Part shown: positions 19,601 to 26,221 of the stretch, in pieces
Position numbering within the stretch: position 1 is the first letter of the stretch
Layout: each line of letters opens with the position of its first letter
NCBI GenBank assembly: GCA_937911265.1
Contig: CALDRG010000022.1
Span: forward strand, 1,399 to 65,398
Length of the DNA stretch: 64,000 nucleotides
From: an uncultured euryarchaeote
Lineage (GTDB): Archaea > Thermoplasmatota > Poseidoniia > Poseidoniales > Thalassarchaeaceae
Reading direction: 5' to 3'
The notes under the pieces: generated by a model
What the model was told of the DNA's origin: nothing
Databases searched by the model: none
The model's input: only the letters and a program-made list of their open reading frames with translations
Translations under genes and position numbers: made by a program

Positions 19601-21628
19601 ATCGATATCGGTGTCGAGGTGGTTGGGGCCGTCGTCACGGAACATCGAGCCATTCAGCAGGTGGAGGTCATTGTCGTCGTCGAAATCGCAGTTCTCGTCG
19701 ATGTCGAGCCAGTCGAGGATTCCGTCGTTGTCGTCGTCGACGTCTTCCCAGTTGTTGATGCCGTCGCCGTCCCAATCGTTGTTGCCGGTGTACGATTTTC
19801 GCATCAGGACGCAGTTCTCGTCCGAGTTAACCGGGTTGGGATTGGTGAGGCTTGGGCAGTTCCAGTTCTGAACCTCATCGTTGGTCGATAGCATGAATGG
19901 ATCCTCCTCATTGGGAATGCCGTCGTCGTCGAGATCGAATGGGATGTCGTCGGGGTTAATCGAAGGGCCGCCGAGGGGGTTGTCGGGCAGTGCAGAACCT
20001 CCCATGTCCACATCAAGCCAGTCCCATACCAAATCGTAGTCCTGGTCTATCGGTCGGTACCTGTCATCATCGAGATCCCGATCGTAGTCCAGCTCGCAAT
20101 CGATGCCGGGTATCTCTATCACGGTGTATGGCACCGGATAGTCCCCCACACCGTCGCCATTAGTGTCGACCTGATAGCATGTATCTGGAATCCCATCGTT
20201 GTCGTCGTCGACATCGTACATGTCCATCAAGCCGTCGTTGTCGTCATCGGTGTCGGCAGAGTCGGGAGTGCCATCGTTGTCGTTGTCGGGATCGATGAAG
20301 TTGGGAATTCCATCGCCATCCAGATCGCCATCGATAATTGTGTCGAAAGTCTGGTTCCTAGGATGCCAAAGGGCCTCGCGCTGCACGTAATCGACACCTC
20401 CTACGAAACTAGAGTAGGTGTTGGTAGTAGTTCCCGAGGAGGTTACGGTAACTGTCCCAGTCATTGTCGGGTGAAGCATGCAGGAGTAGTTGTAGGTCCC
20501 TGCGGTGGTGAAGGTGAAACTCCATGAGGCCCCGGATGAAATCATTAAGCTGTCGAAGGCGGGACCGTCGTGGGTGACGGTGTGATCGGTGGTGTCGGTG
20601 TTGGTCCAGACCACAGTGTCGCCGGCATTGATGTTCAGATCGGTGGGCGTATATCCTGTGCTGATGATGTTCACGTTGTGAGTGGTAGCACCTGCTGTCC
20701 ACTCCTTGGCCCAATCCCATAGTGGAGCAGTAGAAGTTATATTTCTGGTCATTGTTCTGTCCCAGGGGTGCTCGTCCCAGATGTCCAGCACGCCATCACC
20801 ATCGTCATCGAGATCGAAGTAGTCCTGGAAGCCGTCGCCATCAAAATCGCACGGCCACTTAAACTGGTCAATGCGGCCATCGTTGTCATCGTCTTCGTCA
20901 AAAGAGTCTGGGCCAGTGCCGTCGGTGTCATCATCGGTGATACCATCATTGTCGTGATCCATCGGGTTCTGGTCAACTCGGTAGCCGATTCCTACGGGGG
21001 TTCCAGTCCAAGGGTGAACTGTAGCGGGGTCTACAAAGCGGTCAGCGCTGACGTTCCTAGGATCGGCTCCCTGTGAGAAGTCAATAGGTCCCTCGAGGAT
21101 GCCGTCGTTGTCATCGTCCCAGTCGAATTCGTCTAGTGTGCCGTCGTTGTCGTGGTCGAAGGGGTCGGTGCCGTAGCATCCGTCAAAGCGCTCGATTAAA
21201 TCGACAATTCCGTCGTTATCGTCATCGAGGTCGTGCAGGTCATCGATACCGTCGTTGTCGTGGTCATCAGTCTGTGTCTCCTCAAGGAAGAAGCCGTAGC
21301 CGGCATCGAGGTTGAGGGCTGCCGGGTTTGACACCTGGCCATAGAACGATGCGGGGTCATGGTACGACGGGTCAGTGAAACTCACTTGGTTGAAGGAGAA
21401 CTCGGTTGCTGGCTGCCCCTGACTATCACCTGACATCGGGCCGGAGGCCTGATTCATCTGCTGGTACGCAGTCCTGTGAGGAACAGCACCCCAGACGGAC
21501 TCCTCTGGATCTTCATCCTCGAAGTTTAGCAAGTTGTACATCTGCGAACTCAGCAACATTAGCATCACCACTGCTATCGCGGAGTTTCTCCTCTTTCTGT
21601 CACCAATCATTACTTTGTTCTCGTCCAT
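13637..21628 (-). CDS. giant secreted, membrane-anchored protein: thrombospondin type-3-like Ca-binding repeats, cupredoxin domain, beta-rich region, TM helix, DUF4129-like tail
   Basis: N-terminal signal peptide; many DxDxDG/DDDNDG motifs; H...C-x2-H-x2-M copper site; C-terminal TM helix followed by FEEARYSDHEI. Confidence 0.8.
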   Translation of the reverse strand: MDENKVMIGDRKRRNSAIAVVMLMLLSSQMYNLLNFEDEDPEESVWGAVPHRTAYQQMNQASGPMSGDSQGQPATEFSFNQVSFTDPSYHDPASFYGQVSNPAALNLDAGYGFFLEETQTDDHDNDGIDDLHDLDDDNDGIVDLIERFDGCYGTDPFDHDNDGTLDEFDWDDDNDGILEGPIDFSQGADPRNVSADRFVDPATVHPWTGTPVGIGYRVDQNPMDHDNDGITDDDTDGTGPDSFDEDDDNDGRIDQFKWPCDFDGDGFQDYFDLDDDGDGVLDIWDEHPWDRTMTRNITSTAPLWDWAKEWTAGATTHNVNIISTGYTPTDLNINAGDTVVWTNTDTTDHTVTHDGPAFDSLMISSGASWSFTFTTAGTYNYSCMLHPTMTGTVTVTSSGTTTNTYSSFVGGVDYVQREALWHPRNQTFDTIIDGDLDGDGIPNFIDPDNDNDGTPDSADTDDDNDGLMDMYDVDDDNDGIPDTCYQVDTNGDGVGDYPVPYTVIEIPGIDCELDYDRDLDDDRYRPIDQDYDLVWDWLDVDMGGSALPDNPLGGPSINPDDIPFDLDDDGIPNEEDPFMLSTNDEVQNWNCPSLTNPNPVNSDENCVLMRKSYTGNNDWDGDGINNWEDVDDDNDGILDWLDIDENCDFDDDNDLHLLNGSMFRDDGPNHLDTDIDGDGLPNDLDWDDDNDGLSDYYDPDDGNCGIVDSDQTDPFNSQYYSHSDGDPIDGSDDGDIYSHDVAHFFYWNQTWMFNPFSLDNNFVLDYNGYDNNNGTITNGKVPEMYWYVLMKWSPYNGDNYFDIDLDGDSLVNGIDTDQDGDGLPDWWDQDEGNDGVLDVDDIKMGGTFDDGTCGSSLVWATLQGAVAEHACGLAYAWLYGYPLQSATRTQQTVYTAPYSTRPDYEFDEGAYNGSNSQGQWTCTKNCFWFDFFGNQDVGPSAAVTYNQIKNNRDLWVAYVGVNYGLFQWNSDGNANMFPDEVADLLNNDVDPDDDCGAPIAGNMNPQCMFNDTADLDDDFDGIYDHWDIDDDNDGIWDYFEVDTDDDWDDDASTEPDGSFFIGTNCEDNDDDGTDTDPDGDGWFQAVWDKGVLGQGLLHPKYYDVDNDNDGVPDGEDPDDDNNGLLDIDQELLCFTGEEQSPWDHDDDGILDWADDDWDGDGLVNTLELASATPWITPWDHDNDGLRDDVDLDDDSDGMLDEDEVMLWPTRFGSESTNPWDHDDFGDGSGISNPADPNTGPDARDQDDDADNRTDLDWDHLEEGWTSDNCTNGAESSDWDHDNDCIPDEDDKIPTRISMTVPEVLWLDNRFPAKFNGTVNWLDPIQGVFMPASDLPVQVHIEWSRNGTSAVETVNVLTNQDGDFVVGQFLFPEDIHVGDNTTYVVYAEVTEMFVHDGSTTEPVPVEVRANTTIDYVAWTYFRSDEQPLFVDFKVHYTADWERGIFGNRLSHAPVSFTISGGIFGNSTHPTVFDGYGYGYRADLGGWVSLTFVQTSGSQGVWKQVQWNSTMDNGVGKVPGGYQEIVWDNFSKAHNVIGRYNYTNTSLPIGDYAFVGYSRPDMGAEWPWPFLEGDNTDSFAIRSMHRMYVEADIITPSIRPVYFWDSTQFTGSSFGAWRALFHAPSLANAGIDFADASLGKPYAMQWDGNPGGLTGQAATLRPFLNSNGTHWFISMQNGGDFNVPPCGPVDPLDPDSTVRCEIVPEMFTGEKFRVIGTVWNRTMTAWPHDPMALQIDVDHNGVFAGSQETGFARVPQMVNGEATFDYNWTWYSQYSAGVFGIRADFTNSNYYFTGNQTAVLAPTGAYANVSVIGTTDFQLNNVPRLYRGQNTTIEARLIDNAYQPVRDAPVNFTWSADGTNDLAVTDHNGVFSVNLTIDKQHELGNFTLSYSYPGDPIRQGSSSEIHLWVVSRTLITLQSATSGAMSSGDIWEFSGQITDDNRTPDPTMFDAGQALDGCGDNGGEVLIIFEGTDFEDRTHRQIVEIACPSAGSIHHDITLDPQLLRDDPESFLPDGFGPVNVILRFGENLPHEGCELLDDDMLRTSGAWDPCTQIINSEHFRKVLQFNAQGFYLIGRTNLAVDDQIVYTSEIDQTTGQPIDKPMIVTGQLLDELGGNLSHRAIRVEYQMLNMETGSQVCIPGTTDNDGFFEIICPLSGVEAGQAMVTISYDPYESLDNWRYKPTNITKIFPVFSNSTMLLEEVGPFRTDVDTYTFANGSVFPVLYLKESFHVEALLTQTNGNPIGGKCLNIYLDPLSNTRPIATATTMDGTGEVEWFSGDPEDNPSRRGVEPNGEQLEGFRTVRVAYEPDKELPGGCRAETTPVVNGSYMDIEVLVRSRVDILLKDHWASSVGYQPGDDITGAVTILRDRLDLSVEGETVIFTFQYWNGTGWITGFPPEYAVTNEQGTANFTWPGEGYSGENVPGEIDCAAGGPCVQNGKWRVLVHFQESPFYVEEFLNSTPTIKLGDELVKQQTSFFTARVTVVLLIAVSFALLIGVIMYRNYAERRRIEIIRGILTDSLMSLKASNDYIQTIFNCYKDLVRFFRSRGAMKKVYETTREFEDAISSMLGGIASPEDLDEFFSIFEEARYSDHEIGADQRDRAIATLQSIVNHMTASLGDSMLNRAYSNESGLYGTITKAGEFVDSEGQIRIAGIDEENQNDDFRI

Positions 21629-21770
21629 CTTTCGACCCCGAAGTGCTCCGTCAAATTCGGCCTGCTTATCAACAGAACCCCTCGCGTGTGCGTGTGCGTA
21701 TCACCGAAGTACGTTCGGTATCACAGTCCGTGCCAGCCCTACTCTGACGTTTCGAGAATTGGAATTGGGG

Positions 21771-22205
21771 TCAGCCCCTGTGATACGGGCTCCCCCCGAG
21801 GATGGTGGTGGCTCGGTAGAGTTGCTCCAGAAGCACTACGGCAGCGAGCTCGTGCTGCAGGGTCAAGGGGCCCAGAGATATCGCCTTGTGGTTCGCTCCA
21901 GCATCGCCGAATCCATCAGCGGGACCAACCACCAAATGGGTCTCCTCTTGTGACAGTCGCCAGCGCCCGAAAGTCGAGGCGAATGTCTCGCTGTCGTGCA
22001 TCTCACCACTCTCCTGCAGGAGTAACACAGACCTGTTTTTTACGCCTCTGAGTACCTCTTCCAAGTAGCCCTGCGCGGTGGTCCTGTCGCTGTGCTCGAT
22101 AATCCTCACACCCTCGCCTCTCAGTCTTGCTGAGTAGTCCGAAATCGATGCTCTATGAGAGGTGTTCTTCGATGCGCCGTGGAGGTGCACGACTATGCGG
22201 CCCAT
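21771..22205 (-). CDS. rlmH: RlmH-like SPOUT rRNA methyltransferase
   Basis: VVGPADG, ISLGPLTLQHELAAVVLLEQLYRA...GSPYHR; start corrected to MGRIVV. Confidence 0.8.
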   Translation of the reverse strand: MGRIVVHLHGASKNTSHRASISDYSARLRGEGVRIIEHSDRTTAQGYLEEVLRGVKNRSVLLLQESGEMHDSETFASTFGRWRLSQEETHLVVGPADGFGDAGANHKAISLGPLTLQHELAAVVLLEQLYRATTILGGSPYHRG

Positions 22206-22284
22206 GCCACTTCGGGTCCGGTCTGCGACTTGAGCGGTTCGCAAAGCATCAAGAAAGTCGGCTGTAGCGGAAGTATCGATAGAG

Positions 22285-22608
22285 ATGGGATGGTGGCCGT
22301 TCAAGCGCAAGGAGAAGGCTCTCGCTGAGGAGCCTCACATGCGTGGAGCCAGAATGTGGATTCAGGACCTCAGGGAAACCTGCGAGCGCTGCTACGACGA
22401 TTATGAGAAAGGTCAGCGTCAAGTCAGCGCAATGCAGGGCGAGTGGAACGAATCCCGTGACAGGGGAGAGGTAGATTCCTCGCTACTGGATGGACTCGAG
22501 CGTAGGGCCTACAAACTGCTCCAAGCGGATGCAGATACTTGGTTGGAGTGGCTGGACAACGAGGAGTTCTGGAACCCTGGGTGGCGTGAAGAATCCTTGG
22601 AGGAGTGA
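22285..22608 (+). CDS. hypothetical protein
   Basis: 107-aa ORF; its 3' end carries a GGAGGAG SD for the next gene. Confidence 0.6.
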   Translation: MGWWPFKRKEKALAEEPHMRGARMWIQDLRETCERCYDDYEKGQRQVSAMQGEWNESRDRGEVDSSLLDGLERRAYKLLQADADTWLEWLDNEEFWNPGWREESLEE

Positions 22609-22612
22609 TTCC

Positions 22613-23329
22613 ATGATGTTCTGGATTGCTTTGTTCGTCGGCATTGGTCTCGTCGTGCTCAACTACTCCCGGCACCAACCTTTCCCTGAGATAGGTGGCA
22701 GGTTCGCCCTAGTACTGCTTGTGACGGGTGCCATCCTGTGGTTGTCCACCACTGCTCCTAGGGATACCGGTGAGTCGGTGCCGGCGGTGGTAGCCACAGT
22801 GGTCGGAGGGGCTGCCGTGGTCATAGGGGTGGTTCAGATGTCGATGCTACGAAACGACGTGATAGTTGCGCCCTTCGGAGGCATCCTGCTGTGCATGGGT
22901 GCGACCAGTCTGATGGTGGATCGATGGTCGGGGATGGGTCAAGTCGAACAGATAGGCTCTTTCTCTGTCGCCTCGCTTCTCGTCATGCTAGTGATATATC
23001 TAGCATTCAGAGGTCTCGTGGTCGGAGTACAGGGAATTTCTTGGTCAAAATCCGGACTTAGGCAAGTCCGACGTGGCCTGATTCACGGTCCTAACGGAGC
23101 AGTTGCTCACTTCGAGCGTTCGTGGGACATGGAGGACCCGTGGATCAATACGATGAGTCATGCCGCGCTCGTTCTGATTCACCGACATGCGGGCGATACC
23201 GAGGCTGAGCAAGAGCATGTCGTCGAGCTTGAGAAGGCTGGCGGGTGGGAGTCAGTGGATCAATCATGGGTTGAAGCGATTGAGGGTGCTCTGGGTCAAA
23301 TCCAGTCAGTGATGATTCGGGACGATTGA
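22613..23329 (+). CDS. hypothetical multi-pass membrane protein with short helical cytoplasmic tail
   Basis: About 5 hydrophobic segments; SD upstream of ATG 22613. Confidence 0.65.
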   Translation: MMFWIALFVGIGLVVLNYSRHQPFPEIGGRFALVLLVTGAILWLSTTAPRDTGESVPAVVATVVGGAAVVIGVVQMSMLRNDVIVAPFGGILLCMGATSLMVDRWSGMGQVEQIGSFSVASLLVMLVIYLAFRGLVVGVQGISWSKSGLRQVRRGLIHGPNGAVAHFERSWDMEDPWINTMSHAALVLIHRHAGDTEAEQEHVVELEKAGGWESVDQSWVEAIEGALGQIQSVMIRDD

Positions 23330-23356
23330 TATCACATAGCCGAATCGGCGAACAGC

Positions 23357-23965
23357 ATGGTTAGGATTACTAAGGTCCACACCGGAGCCGGTGACGGTGG
23401 CCGAACCCGTCTGTTGGATGGTACCGAAGTAGGCAAGGAGCATCCTCGAGTCAGGCTGTACGGGACGATAGACGAAGTCAACTCGCAGGTCGGGGTAGTG
23501 AGGATGGAACTCAACCGCATGCCGAGTATCTCGAATGAGTCCCGGAACTCTGCTGACGCCGCCATGGGTCGGATCCAACAGGAGCTATTCGACGTAGGCG
23601 GAGAGTGTTCATGCACGCCAGGGAAGTTGCCTGAGCAGATGGTTCTCATCGGCTCAGATGCTGGCGACCGCTTGGTCGCCGAGATGGATTCTTGGCTTGA
23701 AAATCTAGATCCTCTAGAGTCTTTCATAATGCCCACTGGTTCACCTCCCGTAGCAACGCTACATGTAGCTAGAACCGTAGCGCGTCGCGCCGAGAGACAG
23801 GCCTGTTCTATGCGTGATATAGAGGGGGATGGTGCAGTTCGCGACGAGGTAATCTCCTACCTAAACAGGCTGTCAGACTGGATGTTTGTGCTCGGAAGAT
23901 GGATCGCCATAATGACTGGTGAGGAAGAGGTGCTTTGGACTCCTCTTGGCAAGCGCGAGGAGTAA
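23357..23965 (+). CDS. pduO: ATP:cob(I)alamin adenosyltransferase (PduO type)
   Basis: KVHTGAGDGGRT, YGTIDEVNS, RTVARRAER, YLNRLSDWMF. Confidence 0.93.
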   Translation: MVRITKVHTGAGDGGRTRLLDGTEVGKEHPRVRLYGTIDEVNSQVGVVRMELNRMPSISNESRNSADAAMGRIQQELFDVGGECSCTPGKLPEQMVLIGSDAGDRLVAEMDSWLENLDPLESFIMPTGSPPVATLHVARTVARRAERQACSMRDIEGDGAVRDEVISYLNRLSDWMFVLGRWIAIMTGEEEVLWTPLGKREE

Positions 23966-23969
23966 TCCA

Positions 23970-24161
23970 ATGTCTCTGATCGGAAAATATTTTGATTCTC
24001 TTGGAGAGGTAGAGAAAACGGTCTCAGATTTTTCTTTTGTTCCAAAATCGCTGGCAAAGATAGTAATTTCATTGAAGGTTCTAACTGATTTAGTCGGAGT
24101 TCTATTGATATTGGCAATTATTGTGTCCGTAATTGGATTAGTTGTGAGAATAATACTGTAG
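23970..24161 (+). CDS. small AT-rich membrane protein
   Basis: GAGGAG SD, ATG 23970, 63 aa with a hydrophobic C-terminus. Confidence 0.5.
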   Translation: MSLIGKYFDSLGEVEKTVSDFSFVPKSLAKIVISLKVLTDLVGVLLILAIIVSVIGLVVRIIL

Positions 24162-24164
24162 AAG

Positions 24165-24578
24165 TCAGACTGCCTTGCCCATCTGCTGCAGGTGCTCTCT
24201 GGCAGACCGTAGGATATCCTTCTCCTGCTCGAAAGTCAGTTGTGTCTCGGCTTCATCGAAGTCAAGCCACATGTAGTTAGTGTGCTCGTGAGATATGGTT
24301 ACATCGAGCTCACTGGTCTCGGCAATGTACCAGTATACTTGCTTGGGCACCATCCTGCCCTTTCTTCGAAAAGTGTACTGGGTCCGAGTCGCCCAGTGAT
24401 CGTCAATGCTAATATCGACTATCCCGGTCTCCTCAGTAAGTTCGCGTGAGGCTGTGATGTGGTGATCGGTCTCACCCTCCTCGACGTGCCCCTTCGGGAA
24501 GCTCCAATGGCCCTGCGGGTACTGCAGTAGGAGTACGCTGTCGTAATTGAGTAGGATGAAGCCACAAGAAGTCTCCAT
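24165..24578 (-). CDS. NUDIX hydrolase (Ap4A hydrolase-like)
   Basis: SCGFI, HWSFPKGHVEEGE...RELTEETGI, SHEH. Confidence 0.9.
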   Translation of the reverse strand: METSCGFILLNYDSVLLLQYPQGHWSFPKGHVEEGETDHHITASRELTEETGIVDISIDDHWATRTQYTFRRKGRMVPKQVYWYIAETSELDVTISHEHTNYMWLDFDEAETQLTFEQEKDILRSAREHLQQMGKAV

Positions 24579-24699
24579 ATGGTGCGCATAACGGACATGC
24601 ATATCTCAATTGCCACCGTGAACGCTATTCTGAGGCAATGGATTTCTCAAACTCACAGACAGAAAGCACAATGTGGGAGTGGCTGGGGTTGTTGCTGAG

Positions 24700-25680
24700 A
24701 TGGTCAGTGAGTCACTGTCTCTGGATATCCATAGGATTGTCACAGACAGTGACCTCGATGGTGTGGTCACAGGAGCCATTCTGAGGCGTTGGTGGCCTGA
24801 AGCCGAGGTTGTTTTTGGCCATCCGGGGGAGCTACGTGCTGGCCTTCTGGATGATTGTATGGACAGGCATACAGCAGTATGCGACCTGCCACGCCATCCG
24901 AAATGTGGGCTGAGTATCGATCACCACCAATCCAACGCCCCCACCGAGCATGACGATGATGGTGTGGTTGTGATCTGGAGGCAGGCTCCTTCGGCTGCCC
25001 GTATTGCCTACGACCTGCTAGCAGCCAATACCGACCTCAGTGATCTGACCGATATGCTGGTCTGGGTCGACAAACTGGATGGCGGTGGAATCACCCGTGA
25101 AGAGTTCCGCTCCAACCACCCGGTGGTCTGGTTGGGTCGACTAATTGATGTTGAGTCTGGCTTAGCCCTTCATATCCTCGAAGCCTTGCAGCAGGGCGTT
25201 TCTGTTAGTGATATTCTCTCTGATTTCAAAGTCGCCCCCGCTCTTGCCGAAAGACAGCGACGGCAGGAAGAGATGGATACTGTGATTTCAGAGAGTATCG
25301 AAGTTGTGGACCGTTTGGCGATAGTGAGGCTTGAGGGTCATGGACTGCGTTCGAATGGCTACCACGTCACCGCTCTGGTGGGAGAAGATTGTGACGCATG
25401 CCTAGTTGTCCACGGTGATGTCGGGGCCTCCTTCGGAGAAGAGGATAGGTATCCTGTATCTGCCTCGTTCTACACCAACTCGTTCCTCCACACAACCGGA
25501 GGAATATACGACCTGACTAGGCTTGCAACCAGATTCGATTCTGATGGCGGAGGTCATGCCAACGCCTGTGGTTGCAGAATACAGGCACTCGAGAGCGGTG
25601 CTAGAGTTTCCCGAACAGTGACTAACGGCGATATCGAAGAGAATCTGGCAGTCTGGCTCGAGATGTGGGCGGAGCGTTGA
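24700..25680 (+). CDS. DHH/DHHA1 phosphoesterase
   Basis: DSDLDG, CDLP, IDHH and GGGHANACG motifs. Confidence 0.85.
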   Translation: MVSESLSLDIHRIVTDSDLDGVVTGAILRRWWPEAEVVFGHPGELRAGLLDDCMDRHTAVCDLPRHPKCGLSIDHHQSNAPTEHDDDGVVVIWRQAPSAARIAYDLLAANTDLSDLTDMLVWVDKLDGGGITREEFRSNHPVVWLGRLIDVESGLALHILEALQQGVSVSDILSDFKVAPALAERQRRQEEMDTVISESIEVVDRLAIVRLEGHGLRSNGYHVTALVGEDCDACLVVHGDVGASFGEEDRYPVSASFYTNSFLHTTGGIYDLTRLATRFDSDGGGHANACGCRIQALESGARVSRTVTNGDIEENLAVWLEMWAER

Positions 25681-26205
25681 TCACAGTATCTTGAGTAGGT
25701 ACAGGAAGCCGAGGAAAGCGTGGATTGTCACCAGCATCATCATCACATCGCTGATTCTCCCATGAAATTCCTTGCTGTGAGCGAACGATTTCTTCTGGGA
25801 CTTCAAGTCGCGTGTCTTGCGACCCGCCCTCCACAAGGTAATCATGAACAGAAGTCCGAGTAGCCCGGCCCATCCATGGAAGTGTCCGGGAACGAGGTAG
25901 GCTGTCGCTTCGAGGCCTTCGAGTCTGGCTCTCGCGATGTGCGCTCCAAATGCGAGTGCAATCACACCGATGACCGCTGCCATCATCCTGTCACCGGTTG
26001 CTTGGTGAACATCCAAGGCAGCGGCCCTCTCTGTGCCTCTCAATAGCAGGTTCTGTTGCCTCCAGCGACGCTGTTTGACAAACAACCAGATGAGGGTCAG
26101 TGCTGCGATTGGGTGCAGCAGCAGCACTGCGGTGCTGACGGGGTCCACGAGTTGTGCTGCGGCTGTGTCGCCTTGAGTTCTCTCTATGAACGCCTTGCAT
26201 AGCAA
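25681..26205 (-). CDS. DUF4079-like membrane protein (cytochrome b561-like His pattern)
   Basis: 4 TM helices with His in LHP, DVH, HFHGWAG and FHG; start uncertain. Confidence 0.65.
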   Translation of the reverse strand: MLCKAFIERTQGDTAAAQLVDPVSTAVLLLHPIAALTLIWLFVKQRRWRQQNLLLRGTERAAALDVHQATGDRMMAAVIGVIALAFGAHIARARLEGLEATAYLVPGHFHGWAGLLGLLFMITLWRAGRKTRDLKSQKKSFAHSKEFHGRISDVMMMLVTIHAFLGFLYLLKIL

Positions 26206-26221
26206 GACGATGTATTGATGA

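Noticed and set aside
17700-21300. Dense GTCGTC/GTCATC repeats resembling a repeat array
   Set aside because: Reverse complement of Asp codons in TSP3-like protein repeats; no constant repeat-spacer periodicity, so not CRISPR
21680-21725. GCGTGT repeats and ACCGAA-GTACG-TTCGGT hairpin upstream of the giant gene
   Set aside because: Too short and single-copy to distinguish from chance; only weak similarity to the region upstream of the other surface-protein gene
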